Assembly: GCA_051362555.1 (NCBI GenBank)
Contig: CM120641.1
Span: 39,252,401 to 39,316,400 of the forward strand
Length of the DNA stretch: 64,000 nucleotides
Origin: Lingula anatina
Lineage: Eukaryota > Animalia > Brachiopoda
Reading direction: 5' to 3'
Shown here in pieces: positions 43,145-57,815 of the stretch. The notes below the pieces were generated by a model. The model saw nothing but the letters and a program-made list of their open reading frames with translations, was not told the origin of the DNA and did no database searches. Positions within the stretch are counted from its first letter, which is position 1. Each line of letters begins with the position of its first letter. Both the position numbers and the translations under genes were made by a program.

Positions 43145-46100
43145 GGCAACAGCAAATCAGCACCTGCAACAATTCAAGGGCAGAGATAAAAAAGGTGAAC
43201 AATGATTGATGATCTTGAGGTAGCCATATATTTTATACCCGCCAGAACACAGGCTGCATCATCAGTATTACACTATGTCCTCCAATACCTTAGCGCCCTC
43301 CATTTTTCTGGCAGCCCTACAAATGATCTGTAACAAAAATGACAGCAAAGCATCTTATTTTGTGGACGCCATGTCTTCTGAACACAAACTGAAAAAATAA
43401 TTCTAAGATACAGCATCAGGCTAATAAGGTGCACGTATAGGTCACCTGACTATGCTGTTGCCATGGCGCTGTCACACCAATGTGAAGATTGATCATCACT
43501 TTCCCTGTTTGTGAAGATGAGAACAGGCTGAATACTAATGATTGTCATTACCAGCATACCAAAAGCATTACATCAGTCATGACTGCAATGTCCTTCAGTG
43601 AAATAACCCACAAACTGTAACACAAATGGCAATGGAAAGTTAACTAGTTCTATTATGACAGCCTCATCCAGTAAAGCATCACTGAAAAGGGGAGCTCTAT
43701 CTTAAGGCAGCATCTCCATTTCACACTTTCCTTTCCTGCAAAGGTGCCACTAACCCTGCATATGCTGTCCTTTCATACATCTTCCTGTGCTATAGAAACA
43801 TGCATTTTTGCTGTATTACTCAAGATATGTATCAGTTACCGCTCACCATTACATTAGCATTTGAATATAAAATTATTTACACCAAAACATTGCCCTAAAT
43901 ATCCATTCATTAACTCAATGACAAGTGCTAACAGATTTTGAACAATGCATATAGAATAAATAATAGAGGGATCGTATGTAAAATAAATACAAAAAATACA
44001 GAAAAGTTAATGGATTACATGACAGGTACATGGAATCTATGTCAGGTTTAATAGAGTAGAGTGAGCATATATCAGTCCTGCTACTACCTAATGTCTTTGT
44101 TCAAAATGAGAGATTAAAAAGCACAAGGAGTTCTCTTACTAAACTAATGGTGACAAGAGCTTTTCATATACAAAATACACGCAAGGATTATACGTCACCA
44201 TCCTTTTATTTTATCAGTATTTTTTTGTACCACAAACTTTGCATAGATTTTATTGTACACCTGCACAGATTTTTTTCTAAATCCAGTGACCTCTGCCTAA
44301 AGGTAAAAAATTTAAAGAAAATACCAAATCTTTTTTTTTACAGTGCCACTAATATGGTATTTAGCAAAGATGATGTTAGGTCCACACAAATATGAAAAAA
44401 AAAACTTGTAATATCATATTCCTTTGTGTTGCTAACAAACAGAACCCACAACATTAATATACCAGCATGACAGGAAAATTTGTCCAAACATCACCATATA
44501 ACAGATTAAGAATGACCCTGTGGCTATTAGATTAGACGCCACACATCTGCACCTTAACAAAGGTAGAAGCGGAATGTTTGATGTGTTTATATCCCCTTCA
44601 CTCTATACACATTCCATCTGATCTTGATCCAGATTGAAGAGCACATGTTGGCTTATACACTGAATGAAGTGGCTTTCATTCTAAATAAATAGTAAATATC
44701 ACTTTTGATGTTCTGAAGAGACTGTAAGATATTGCTGACATCACAGCTATTCACTGAGTGTCTCCATTCATGTTGAAGAGGCACTTCAATACAGAGAACT
44801 CACCACTGAAACAACCAATTCTTTTCAATGCAATTATTGAGGCAAAAAAAAAAAAAACAAAAAAACTGAAGACCCTCTGCTTTGAGTGTGACCTGTCACA
44901 GCTCAGACACCCAGTCATCCATCTTTGACCAATGCCAGATCTGTAGAATTCATGTTTAAGTAAAATGTTTTTTTAATGAGTTATGTGAAAATATATTTAT
45001 CTCTGAACTTTTTTTGTACAATATAAAACATTCAATTCTCACCATATCCATAACGTCATCCATCCATTATTCTCCAGTTAAAATGTTAGTTTCAAGAAAT
45101 ATCCTTTTCTTTTGTTTTCCTTGATACTGTGTAGCTTGTGCATAATTCACACCCAGATGCTTCACTGGCAAATATAACTATATTAGAGAATGAATATTTA
45201 TCATATCATGAATAGGAGTGCACCAGCTTCTTCCATTTCTCACTTTCCTTTACAAGCCGTAATTTTGGAAAAGGTATGACAGAGGTCAATCAAACTGAAC
45301 CCAGTACCAAGGTATGTAGCACAGCTGCTGGTGTCAACTGCCAATAAAGGTGTCATCTGAGCTGACAAATCAATCTACTCTCTCTCTTTCTCTCATTTTA
45401 CAGTTGGCATCCTTTCAAAATATCCTAAAGCAAAGTATCAGCATTATAATATGGAGAGAAAATCCAGGGCCTCCTTTCGCATCAAGCTGTTAATAAAAAA
45501 TGCTACACCACAAAACAGGTTTCCTGCTTTATACTGTGATATTTGTGATATTTGGTGTTGTAAACAATGTCAAGCCGGACTGCACATCACAGTCTGTGTA
45601 AGCCTATTACTGCATGTTTTTTCATTCAAAAGAATATGTGAGACTGTTTTAAATATAGAGTGATAAGATATTAGGCCTTAAGTAATTGAGCCTTTCTTTC
45701 AAAACACAAAATCTCCAAATTAATCAATAGTTGCCTAAAACAGAGGGTGAATATTTGAAAGCTATGCATATTGTTCAGCAATAAAAAACCACAGAAGCCC
45801 TAGATCATCCCTCAAGACTTCAAGATCAATAATCTTTGCTGCTGAAAAACGAACAAGCCACTGCATTCCACTACACTAACTGATCAGCCTCTGATACAAA
45901 AGCTGTTTGTACTCAATATTTGTAGTCAACACCATATTGTTCCCTTCACAAAGCAAGCGACAGTACAATGCCATGAGCTTCTTTTCCCTCTCATCACTGA
46001 TCTAATATTGATATTTCCCACTATATTTTAATCAACCAACTGGATTAAAAGAAGTTAAATATTAGACCTTTGTCAGCTTTGTTGGCATGTAGATAGTGAG

Positions 46101-49100
46101 CGTACTCTGTAAGCTGATTAATCTCTACTGAGACACTCTTGTTGCTGGGTCTTGATATGCTATGAAGCTGCATTTAAATCATTAATAATTCAGAAGTGAA
46201 ATAATGCCGGCATTGTCAGGTTATGAACTGTGTACAGTCACATGTGTATACAATCACAAGAGTCGAGCTAGACATTATATCATGTGAAGAATAATGTAAA
46301 TAGAGCAAAATGAGCATGTAAGATAACAATGGATAAAGAACGTAAGTAGTCCGACGGTAAAGCAATTGCATAATCCCGACAGATAAAATTTCCTCACATC
46401 TCAACTGATCACTGCATTTCAACATATCTTCATGATATGAAATTATGCAATTCATGGCTTCTATCCTCTCCGTGTCATTCAACTTGTTATCTGTCTCTAT
46501 CGCAAATGAACCATTTTCAGTGACCTGAAGATTGCACCTTGTCTCTATCTATCTATAATGTAAATAGCTATAAAGCCATGCCTAGCAACTAGGCACGCTT
46601 AAATCTCCATAATGTAGATTTGATACCTCTAATAAAGATGACTTGTGTTTAGTCAATTTCTAAATCAGACTAAGCTGTCTGGTACCTATACAGACAGCTG
46701 AACAGTAATTTACCTATAAATAAGACAATTACATAAGCTGTAAATATTTCTTAAAATGGAAAACAAACATTTATAAGAATATGTTTTAATCATTATGATT
46801 CTGAGTGACGGTCTTATTGTTTTTTAATTTGTCACACTCAATGAATAACTAATTATGGATTCTAATAAAACAAAGGTAAATTGAATTCATTAAACAACTG
46901 TCATCTTTCATTCAATCAGATTTGTGGATGTCATTTTGAACTGAAAAGTACAATGAAACTGTCAACAATTCCATTATCACCCCCTTTTTTATCAGAATGT
47001 TTCTCTTGGTCCTTAGAAACAACAAACAGTTTCAAACCAAACTTCTCTCTAACACAAACTTTAGCCTCTTAAGGGTGGTGTGAAATATATAAACTTGACT
47101 TGACGTTTAAAAAATATATATTTATTTTTGGATTCACGAAAATGAGATTTTTTTATTTTGCAAAAAGCTACAAAAATTCTTTTCAGTTAAAGAAAATGAA
47201 AAAAACGTGATTTTATTTTTGCACATTCATCATTCATCAAGTCATTGATTTGATGAAAATTAGTTATTTGACTAATGGGATAAAAATGCCTAAATGCAAT
47301 ATATAAACCATCATTCATTTTTATTAATGAATACATTTTAACCCATGGTAATGAATGCCCACCTTAGCAACATAAACACATAATCAGAGAATAATATCTG
47401 CCTGTAAACAACATTCCATACCTTCCAACCTTTCTTTTCCAATCTCCACCTAATATTCCAGATTTAGAAAAGTAGGTAGAATCCATTTCCACAACTGACA
47501 CTTGAATATGGGGGCCTTATCATCAAGAACCTGACATCTGAAAAGCTAATCAGACACAATGAACAATTGTTCTCTGTAACAAGCCCAGCACCCCAGCCAA
47601 TGCTGATGTGATTATCAACGATGTACACTCACAGATGGGGTTTAGATTACCATGGTCAGCCATATTAGCTTCATGATCCCCTGGCAACATGTCAACTCTG
47701 CCATGGCAACCCTGATTAGTCTGCAGAAGTGCTAAACATTTTAGGGTTTATTTTCAGCACTTTACCAACCTCCAGTGTGGACGATTTCATGATCAGTTTG
47801 AGATTTTCTGCCACCTCCCTATCACAGTTATCTCCTGCTGGTTGGCCCCAAATGTGAACAGCCAAACAGAATGGTTAATTAGATATTCTTGTTTTCACAG
47901 AAGATCCTTTTGGAGCGCTGCTGCCACTTATGGATTAATGAAATTTGACACAAGAATGGACTTACCATTCAGATCAATATAATACTTAGAAAGATTTAAT
48001 AGTGTAACTTAATAGTCCAATTTACCTAAGAATGTTACTGTACTAAAATGAATTTATTAAATGGCTCATGGTTAATTATTATCTTCCTAATGACATATTG
48101 GCCACTGGTACCATTTGCGTACAAGTTCTTTTTTTTTTCTAAATTCATTTTAAATAGCTGCTGCTTTCATGCAACAGTAATAGAAATTTGACATAATTCT
48201 ACACATACAGTGCTAAAAAAAGAAAAAATGGAACGGTACAACACTCCCCCATAGGACCTTGTACCCTTCAGGATTTGTCCTCGATCCATTTTTGATGTTT
48301 ACCTCCATATTTAGAAGTTTAAAGTCCAAAAATAGCTCCACGAACCAGCTGACTTGCAACATAAATTCTTTGTTAGAAATTATCCCTCATTCAGGTTGAC
48401 ATCCATTTGAAGTGCTGGAGTTCAACAATCAGCAAATCCCAAATCCTTCTGATGTACTTAAGGTGGGCTTGAGGGATAATCTTCCTTGTGGTACAGCTGC
48501 TATGTTCTAAGGGAAACCACAATGAACTGTAACTTAATAGACTGCTGTCTGTGGGATAGCACATGCTAGCCTCATAGTAATAGAGGTTCTCCAACTACCT
48601 CCTTCATAAGATTGCAGAATTAACAGTCCCCGATTCCGTTAATAACAAACAAAGATTAACTGGAGCCTTGCTGCCAGGCAAAGCTGATATCTGTAATCCT
48701 GCTGTAGACCTTTTCCAAAACCAATGGCTTATAAATATCATCTTGTTTTCACCAATTCTCACAGAGTGGACATCTACTCCTTGTCACAATATGTCCACTT
48801 GTGATAGAGGCAAAGAGTAAGCTAATGACTTTTTTTTTTTCAAATATTTTTTGGTATGCTGTGCTGTCAAAAGGTTCTGATCAACTTCTTGTATTGTTGA
48901 TATAAATAGATGAAAAGTACCATGTTAACATTTTGTCATGGTAAATCTAAAGCCAAATTCAGAATATTAACAATTCAGTTTCAAATTTTATGTCCATTCC
49001 CCCCCCCCCCCCCCCCTCAAATCTTGGAACACACCCAGAGCAGTAGCCTATCCACAAAAGTGCACTTTCTACCATAATTTCCTTTATCAAATAAGTTTTT

Positions 49101-50871
49101 CAGAAAATTCATCCTATATGAGCAGTGGTATTGATTATAAGCATTTGTCCGACTGATTCAAGCATATTATTCGGGAAATGACAAGTTCAAACATTAACCT
49201 TAAATGTGTTTCTACTGTTGGCAGCCCTAATAGCTTTATTAGGAAGGAAAATGGAAATATGTCCATGGGAAATGAGGTTTACTGGCTCAGTCCTGGCACT
49301 ACTTCACAAAGTCCACTTTTATTCCAGTCTAGAACAGATAGTTTGGAAATACATTCATAATGCCTTTTGTTGTTCAACTATGGAGACAGACACTTTATTA
49401 AATACTTGTAATATCTGTTATCATATAAATAAGGTAGGACACACACCCACAATATACAACCGCTTCCGTTTGGCTCAGCCTATCCATCACAAAAGCTTTG
49501 TAGAAGGTCACTTTACTTGAAATTAAGATATCCAGTGTCCAACTTTATAAACTACTAGTAACAAATTACTATAGGGGATGTCTCTGTAATGTAGGTAAAA
49601 CGGCTCGGGTTAACCATGCCCGACAGGTATGTAAGTGTTAAAGTAAAATAAGAAAAAAAAACTCAATATTTACTGCAGCAATAATGTCATATTCACCTGC
49701 AGGATCAAATTACACTGCTCAATGCTGATACCAGCTTAACTTGTAAGAGGAGGAAAAGGCAAAATATAATAATGGAAAAAACGCTTAAACTTCTTTGTCT
49801 GCTTTATTTCTCTCGAGAAATTGGAAATCTTGCCAGCTGCTTTTTCAGTAGTTGAACCAGCAACCAACAACTGATACTGAGGGCAGATGTGGCTAGACAA
49901 AAGGGTTTCCCTCTCGTCACCTGCTGTCACATTTTACCCATGATCAAACACATGCTTAGTATACCTCACAATGAGTTAAATGCCAAACTAAGTTGATAAA
50001 AACCTGCAAGTGAGTAGCAGCAGCAATCAGCCATTGCACCACATGGCCACCGAACTTCTTTATTCAATCTCATCAGAGCTTTGTAATTATTGGTAATCCA
50101 GTTAATCTAATTTTCATTCAGTGTTCACCATGCTGGCGACAAAAGAGCCCAGGTTAACAGAGTCCTGGAAATGTTCAGTTAAGACCATTTTCTAGGATTA
50201 ATCAATAGTCATTAGAATCATTTTGTTGCCTCCATCGCTTACCGGACAATTGTAAAACTCCGGAAGGTGAATTACCAATACAGTGCAAGCTTACATTTAG
50301 GCTGTCTTACAGATATCAAATCCTATCTTTTGTAATTTCATTTTGAACAGGAGTAATGCTCGTTAACCTGCTGACCAAAACAACATGATCACGAGTCTTG
50401 AAAAATAGACTCAACAATACCCTGGCTACCTAAAACATGAATGTCTACAAAACCAAGAATAAATAGACCAGCACTCCAAAACTCTCTTTCTTATATGGAA
50501 CTAGCCCATCAGTTTCCAAGAAATCTATGAAATTATGAACTTAAAGGCCAGAAACAATCAATTCTGTTCAATCAAAGCAAGCTGTTTCCATGGTAACCAC
50601 TTGGGAATATCATCTATTTGAGTATAGGAGAGAGCAGTCTCTATTGATCTAACTCCTGAATCTAGCACTAAGCAGCCACTGTTTTCAGCAAAAAAAAAAA
50701 AAAAATTGAAGAAAATGCCTAATATCATATAAAAATACATATACCTAATAATCTAACTTAGATATATTAAATAATTACAAATCGTCCTTTAAAAAGTCAA
50801 ATCATCTCATTTTTAAATCAACATTTTTTTTCTTTTTGTTCTTTAGAAATATACTTTCTGGTGACTCATTT

Positions 50872-50911
<40 letters not shown>

Positions 50912-53900
50912 CACTTCACATGAGAATGTTAGCTTTATAGTTACAGGTCTGTTTCCTTCTCATGACATTTTATGCAAACCACTGACCCAGGCACCTACAC
51001 ATCACGGCCATGCAGCTGTCTGCTGCCATATATTCAGCCAACACGTACAGCAGCACCTCCAAACTCTTGCTATCACATCTCGGGAGAAACCAGTCTGTGC
51101 TATATACAACTTTTGTCATCCTTCAGTGTAATGGTATGTTATAATATTTTGTGAAAAACACCGAGACAGTGGAATGCTGATCTTATCTCATTTTGAGAAA
51201 TGAGCACCTAGCCTCTGCTGCACAGTGTATGCCTTATCATATATATCACAAGAGGCTGTCCTTTCATCAAATTGTCTTCTGTGTCTGTACATGCATATGA
51301 GTGAAATAGAAAGGGAACAATCAGCCATATAAAGACGCCCTGATAAATGCTGCACTTTGTACATGGCATTGTATAGTAGCAATCGTACCAAATATGTTCA
51401 AATAACATATTTTCCTAAATTATATAAACAATTTACATGTAATGCAAATATAACATCCAAATCATTACTGAAAGATCAAACAACATCAAAGGTTTTGAAA
51501 CAGGTATGAAAAAAAAAATAGAATTGTATTTGAACAAAAATTTGCCTTAGGCTGTTGGTTTTCACTTCCAAGGTGAAAGTATGGGTATATATTGACACAG
51601 TAAAGAATGATCTCAAGACAAATAAATCAAACATCCTTGGTAATTCACACTTTATCTAAACAGATTAACACAACACCTAGCCCAACAAATACTTTCAAAT
51701 CCATCCCAAATCAAGTTAGCTGGAATACCACAACTTGAGCAGCCTGTTAAAGTCAGCTTCTGTAGCCATATTATTCAACTACATAGATATGGCCACAGGT
51801 CATGCTTATATATGCAGGACTCAGCAGACCATGAAAAACAACTTTCCCTTCAGACTTACCTGAAACTTTTCAAAACTTTTCAAAACTTTGAAATTCTCTT
51901 ACAAAGTTGTACAAAATCTGCTCTAAAAACAATGGAAGCAGTAATAGAATCTTTGGAAGCCTGGAGTTACATCACAGCTGTTTACTTTGGAGAAGCTACT
52001 TTCACACACACTTCCTCTCCTCCACTTGGGATAGCATACTGACACAGCAGGATGAGCAAGTGACCTTTGGTAGCTATGGTGACAGAGAGCATCAAGCCCA
52101 GTTACCAAGCAACAAGCTCATCAGCTGGTCTCATCTGCTGCACCCATTATACCCATCAATATGCTGTGTTACTCTAAATGGTCTGGCTTGGCCCCAATGT
52201 ATTTGCAGTAAGGTTTATACAGGTGATCCCATACAGCCAAGACAGAAATTTGATTACTGCTGTATATGTGAATGCAGCAAAAGTAAAGATTTCTCATCTG
52301 CTTTATTCTGTAGATTGTCTTCCATAATTTCTGACCTGACACAGAGGGATTATCTGTTCTCACATGTGATCAATGCACTGGGTAATTGTGTTGTTGCACA
52401 CTTGAGTTGTAATAAGCCAAGGCTGGAATGGTGCCAAGAGGGATGGAAAATAAATAACAGACACTGTATTTCACCACTAAAGAAAATGTGATGCATTTTG
52501 GGTTTCGTCTCTTGCATGTTGTATTAATCAAATTTTAACTCCCATTACAGAAAAAAAAAATACTTTTTTTTTTGCTGTTGCTTAATAATACTTTGGAGAA
52601 TTATTTTTGAGACATTTCTATATTTTATCATATTATACTAAGTATTCCAGACTGCTTTTAAGACAACTTTCAAAATTGAAAATTGATTGAATTCCTTAAA
52701 AGAAACAGGGATGGCAGTAAATTAAAAAAATATATATATACTTTTCTTTTTTCATCCCTATATACATGTAAACCAATATCATGACCACTTTATATCATGA
52801 CATTTTCAACAAGGCAGAGTTCCTACATTCTCCACATTAATAACTATAAAATTATAGCAAGATAAGATAATTTGTTATCTATCAAATCATGAACAAAATT
52901 GTATTATCTAGCTCCAGCTGACTACTAACTTTATATGCCAGCATTTCATAATATACGGAATATATGAGTAGTGTGCACTATGGCAATGAGTACTGGTAGG
53001 CCAGTATGAAATTATCCTCAAGGGGCTGAATTTTTCCCTACTATGACTATCGAATGCAACCTAAGCTTACACTTTCATAAAAGGGCCAGAGGATTTCTAT
53101 TACCTTGCATTAACAACTGGTGAAAAAACCATATGAAAATGGCTTAAGGAAACCTTAATAAAAGCAGGGAATGTATTTTTTTCATACATCACAGCTCTCC
53201 TTCATGAAATAAAACCAGTATTTTGTCGTTGCTTACATTATCTCCATAACAAGATTTACAGTCCGCGATTAAAGCCATCTGGTGGTTGTTAAGGCAACAG
53301 CTTCCATTTCCATGGTGATGACAACAATCCCTCATTATTAGTTTATCTTTTTAGAGCTGGGTCTAAGATTAACAATGGTATGGAATAATCAGATTTCACA
53401 CTAAATGCATAGAAATTGGATTTATAACACCTGATATTCTTATATAAACCTTAAACACCACTGAAACACCATGAGATGAAAGATCTCACAATTAGATTAC
53501 CTGTACTTCTGAAGTTTAAACGAATACAAAATAAATACATCTGGATATTTAAAGGCCTTCACCATTGCACTGAATTAAAAAAAGGGTGTTATAGACTTGG
53601 ATTATCAGTTAAACTATCACTCACAATGGACAATGTTCCATGTTCACCAAATGTTGTTTAAATTTTGTTTTGCTTTATGTTCATAGTCTCCTGGCTTCTG
53701 AAAGATTAGGCCATATTACCAAATCTTCATCAAAGTAGATTCAAGTTAAAATTCTGTGTAAAGAAGAATGAAAAAAAGTTGCATAATTTTTCCAATAATA
53801 CTAGGAGACATCTATCATCAGGTTCAGTGAAAAAGATACATGCTTTGAAGAGCTGCATCTAAAATCTGGATACATATTAGTTCGCAGGTTGTCATCACAA

Positions 53901-55973
53901 ATTCTAATACTACATCAACTTCTTGAAAAGATTTTGATAATATTACCCTACCTGTACTGTCATCTTGAACTGAATTTGAATTTTAAACATCATTTACCAG
54001 CTGATATTGTCTGCACCAGGCTTCTGTTCAACGGGCAAGAGAACATTAAACAGCACTGAAAAAACACTTTGAAAAAAAAACACTTAATACTTGAACAGCT
54101 TGACATACACAACAGTGTGCCACCAGTCAATGAAATTATGAATGTTGCTATGAAATAGTCACGGAAAAGCTAACTTGAAGCTTCTCTCTCAGCCAATGGG
54201 AAAATCCATTTATTATGAACCAATTACTGTATGGCAAAACTAAACAGATTTACTGAGTAGGAGACCACTATGACAACCTGAAATTCTTTAGCTACTTTGT
54301 CATCTAACTCGGAGGTGAGAAACCACCTATCAGGATAAAGTCCCAACAGTCAATAATCGCTGAGCTTCATTAGCAATGGTTAACAATAGATCTCTCCATA
54401 CATTACCTGGCCAATACTATGACTAAATAGATTTAATGACTTTCAAACTCAGCCAATTGTCAGCTTATTTCCTTTCATTTATTGTTCAGTGTCTCCAGTG
54501 TAATATTCAGCTGCCAGAGTTGGCTTTCTGTTATACAGATTTACAAAATGATTACATAATAGGTGAAAGTGGAATTTTGCCACTACACAGGTAGATTTTA
54601 AGTAGCTCTGATTTTAGATCATTTGGAAAAATTGAATACTGATACATGTTCCCTGTTCCAAAAATTTTTCAAAGCCCGAAAAATGGTCCACTTAAAAAGA
54701 TGTGTTTTAAATATAAAAAGAGGAATTTCATAACAAAAATCTGTGTACAGGCTTCCTCATGTTAAGTACATACAGTTCCTAAGCATCATCATAAGAATCA
54801 GTGCTGTTAATTTACTATTGTTTATGTTCAGGACATGAACAGTGTTACAAAGCATAAACATAGTATACTCAACTTTGTGTGCAACTACTCGTAAATACAA
54901 TTATCTCCTTTAACCTCTTCAGTAGCTGATAAACTTCACCTTACTTTGCAGAATAAACAAGAACACAATCAGTGGATTTGCATTTTGCCTCAAAGTTCGT
55001 CTTCTATCTATGATAAGATAGCCACTCAAAACCTTTTATCAGAAGATGCGGTCTTCAGATAGCTTAAAACTTACAGCAAAAGACAAAGTCTAGGTAAAAG
55101 GCCATGTCATAGTATATTACCCCTCTGTAAAATTTTTTCCTCAAATTAATGGTAGCCACACCTCTATCCTCAATGGTTCCATTTCCATTCTTTATTTACC
55201 CAATGGTGGTTATTTCTCTCAAATGACACATAAAGGGATTAACATGTGTCATAGTAAAAAAAAGGAAAAAATCTGAAATACTTTTATAAAAACATAGCTT
55301 CATTATTCCAATTAAGGAGTGTGAAGCCTTTGTCACTTTATATAACATATGATGGTAGGTAACCCAAGGTGGCATCATGTTACTAAGCAACAGAATCTAA
55401 CTCCATAGTAACTGTGACAATCATACCAACCTGCATCACATATTTCAGTCAATTAATAATTGACATACAGGTATACAATAATATATATATATATATATAT
55501 AATAATTAGGCATCACATACATGTCAGATATTTTTAAAAAATTTATTAATGCATACATATGAAGCCTAACCATTTCTGTTAAATAATTAAAACTATAAAT
55601 ATCTCTCTTAGTGAATTATTTGCAAGAGAAAAAACATACACTGTGATTTTTTATACCAAAGTAAAATGTATTCATAACAAAATTTTAGACAATCCGACCC
55701 AAGTCAACATTTCCATATGGCAATTTTAGGTCCTGCTTATTAATGTATGACCTAGTAACTCAATCCTTATCATTGTATTGTGGTTATTATCATGTCATGC
55801 CATCATTTTATATTGTTGACGTGGCAGGTAAGAGTGACATTTTTAGTTGCCACATGAAATAAATACCATATGTGACATCATTATTTAAACAATAACTGAA
55901 CTATGATTATCATCATTGTCTCTATGAATATTGGCACTGCCATATATAATTTCTTTTGATCACTTTTGCTCAC

Positions 55974-56035
55974 CTTTTAACTCAAGAATATAATGCTTGG
56001 TCTATTCAAAATCTTCTTTTTACCGAATTCACATT
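55974..56035 (-). other. Putative 62-nt 5'-UTR exon of FoxN2/3 (upstream exon ends at 56417; ATG exon starts at 43163)
   Basis: TTTTATTTTCAG| acceptor; AAG|GTGAGC donor; upstream donor CAGG|GTAAGT at 56417/56416. Confidence 0.55.
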
Positions 56036-57039
56036 CTGAAAATAAAACAGTAACTTTTAATTATAGATTTTAAACACTGGTTAGACATATAATGACTTGA
56101 CCCTTAACGCCCTGAAATTCTATTTATATAGGGCAACAATTGTCACTGTTGAATTCTTTATTGACGTGTTTATTTATAGTAACCCTTTGTTCAATGAACA
56201 GGCATGATGGAATGTAAACAACATGTGACACTAGGAAATAAGGCACTCCCCTTGGAAATGTACAGGTAAAAAAAGCACAATTTACAAATTGCTAGACTAT
56301 TAAATGACATACTGCTGACAAACGCCTCAGATAAAAAACAATGGAGTACGGTTTGATCTAATTTAGTAATTACTTATATATTATAATATCACTGACTGTC
56401 CCTTTTTATCACTTACCCTGTTCAGCAAAGGGATCGGATCAATTCCATCACATTATACCTTTATTATCTCCATTATCATACAAGTAAAATCTCAGAAATA
56501 AACTTGCTCTAAATGACAATTAAAACTACAAATTGAAGAAACTGAAAATGAAACGTGGCTGGCTCATCCAAGGACAACGACATCCGTTCTTTCATCAGAT
56601 GTTAACGTGAAACAACACCCTCATCAAATAACAAGCTGTCTAGAGGTAATGTTTCAGTTTGCCACATATAGGCATCACTAAAATTCATATTTTAAAAACT
56701 AACATGGATATATCAATGAACTTACTAATGTCTGAACCACATAAAGGCTCAAAGTGCGCCTCTTCTTACAGGACCAGCATGGTCGCATGCATAATGGCGA
56801 ATACCCACGTGATTATGCCATCCGTCCCCAAGGCAATTTTTCTCCCTCCTTAATAAATCGATTAAAAAAATGGCATTGTTATTGCATCACTTGTCTTGAT
56901 ATCTTGGGGCTGGATTCCACGATATGTATGGTTATAATTGGAACATGTAAGCAATTTAAATGTATTTTTATGCGTTTGTGCTTTGCTTATTTTGATGGTC
57001 TGCAAACCCTACTAGGTGAAGGAGAAGAGAACAGAACAG

Positions 57040-57150
57040 CCGGAGAGCGTCTAAGCAACCAATCATAATCCAGATTTAGAATTAGGTCAACATGGCGGGC
57101 TTTCATTTTTCATTATAAAGTAATAAGAAAACCAGGAACTAGGCGCCAGC
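57040..57150. promoter_or_regulatory. Candidate FoxN2/3 proximal promoter
   Basis: CpG-enriched; CCAAT at 57059; YY1-like AACATGGCGG at ~57089; lies upstream of the first minus-strand donor. Confidence 0.4.
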
Positions 57151-57655
57151 TTTCCATACCGACTTAAGTCGCATAGTTGACAATGCAATTTAACAATGAT
57201 TGTGAATGGAAAGTCTTACTTAACAGATTAATATTGGTTGAAATAAGTCTGATTACTCTGGGAGGCCGCGCAACTTGCAGGAGCCCGTACACGTACTGGT
57301 ACAATGTACAAGGCATGACCTGCTATTGAACCTATTGAACCCTTCAGAACAGGTTTAAGTCTAAAAAATTATTATATTCAAATTTAATCATGTGTGAATA
57401 TAAGTTTTTGGCCATACGCATTAGAAGTGAACCATTTTTCATGTTCTATAAAGTAAAAACTATATCATGTAAAGCTTCCAGTACAAGGTGTGTTAACTAA
57501 ATTTTTGTATTAAAATAAGCTTATTTTATTATATATTTGTCTTTTTTAAAATTAATAAACAGTTAAAAAATGTATATCAGTAAAGTCAGGATATTTAATG
57601 AATTATATTTGCAACCAATAACTGGAAGTGTTCTCTATGATAAGGTTGAGCAGAC

Positions 57656-57815
57656 GGGGCCGTAGCAATGGTCCGAAGGTTCATTGGTCCGAATGTTCTC
57701 TATAGAAGCTTCGGACCAATGAACCCTTAATTAAAATAAAAATAATGAAAAAGTTACCATTTTTCGGGCTAATGAACCTTCGGACCAATGAACCTTCGGA
57801 CTATCGAGACGCCCC
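57656..57815. mobile_element. Short foldback element with 15-bp subterminal repeats, MULE/MuDR-like
   Basis: GGGGC..GTCCGAAGGTTCATTGGTCCGAA / TTCGGACCAATGAACCTTCGGAC..GCCCC; imperfect 9-bp TSD tgagcagac / ccagcagac. Confidence 0.75.

Noticed and set aside
47069-47367. TTAA-GGGTGG...CCCACC-TTAG, a possible Kolobok-like element
   Set aside because: The terminal match is only about 6 bp and the TSD is imperfect; it cannot be supported without a repeat library.
51907-52491. 194-codon plus-strand ORF
   Set aside because: Starts at TTG, has no recognisable domain or convincing splice context, and is antisense within the FoxN intron. The block is noted only as a possible UTR exon.
34600-56300. Scattered forkhead sites (GTAAACA/TGTTTAC) suggesting FoxN autoregulation
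   Set aside because: Expected by chance in AT-rich DNA of this length; no clustering could be shown by eye.
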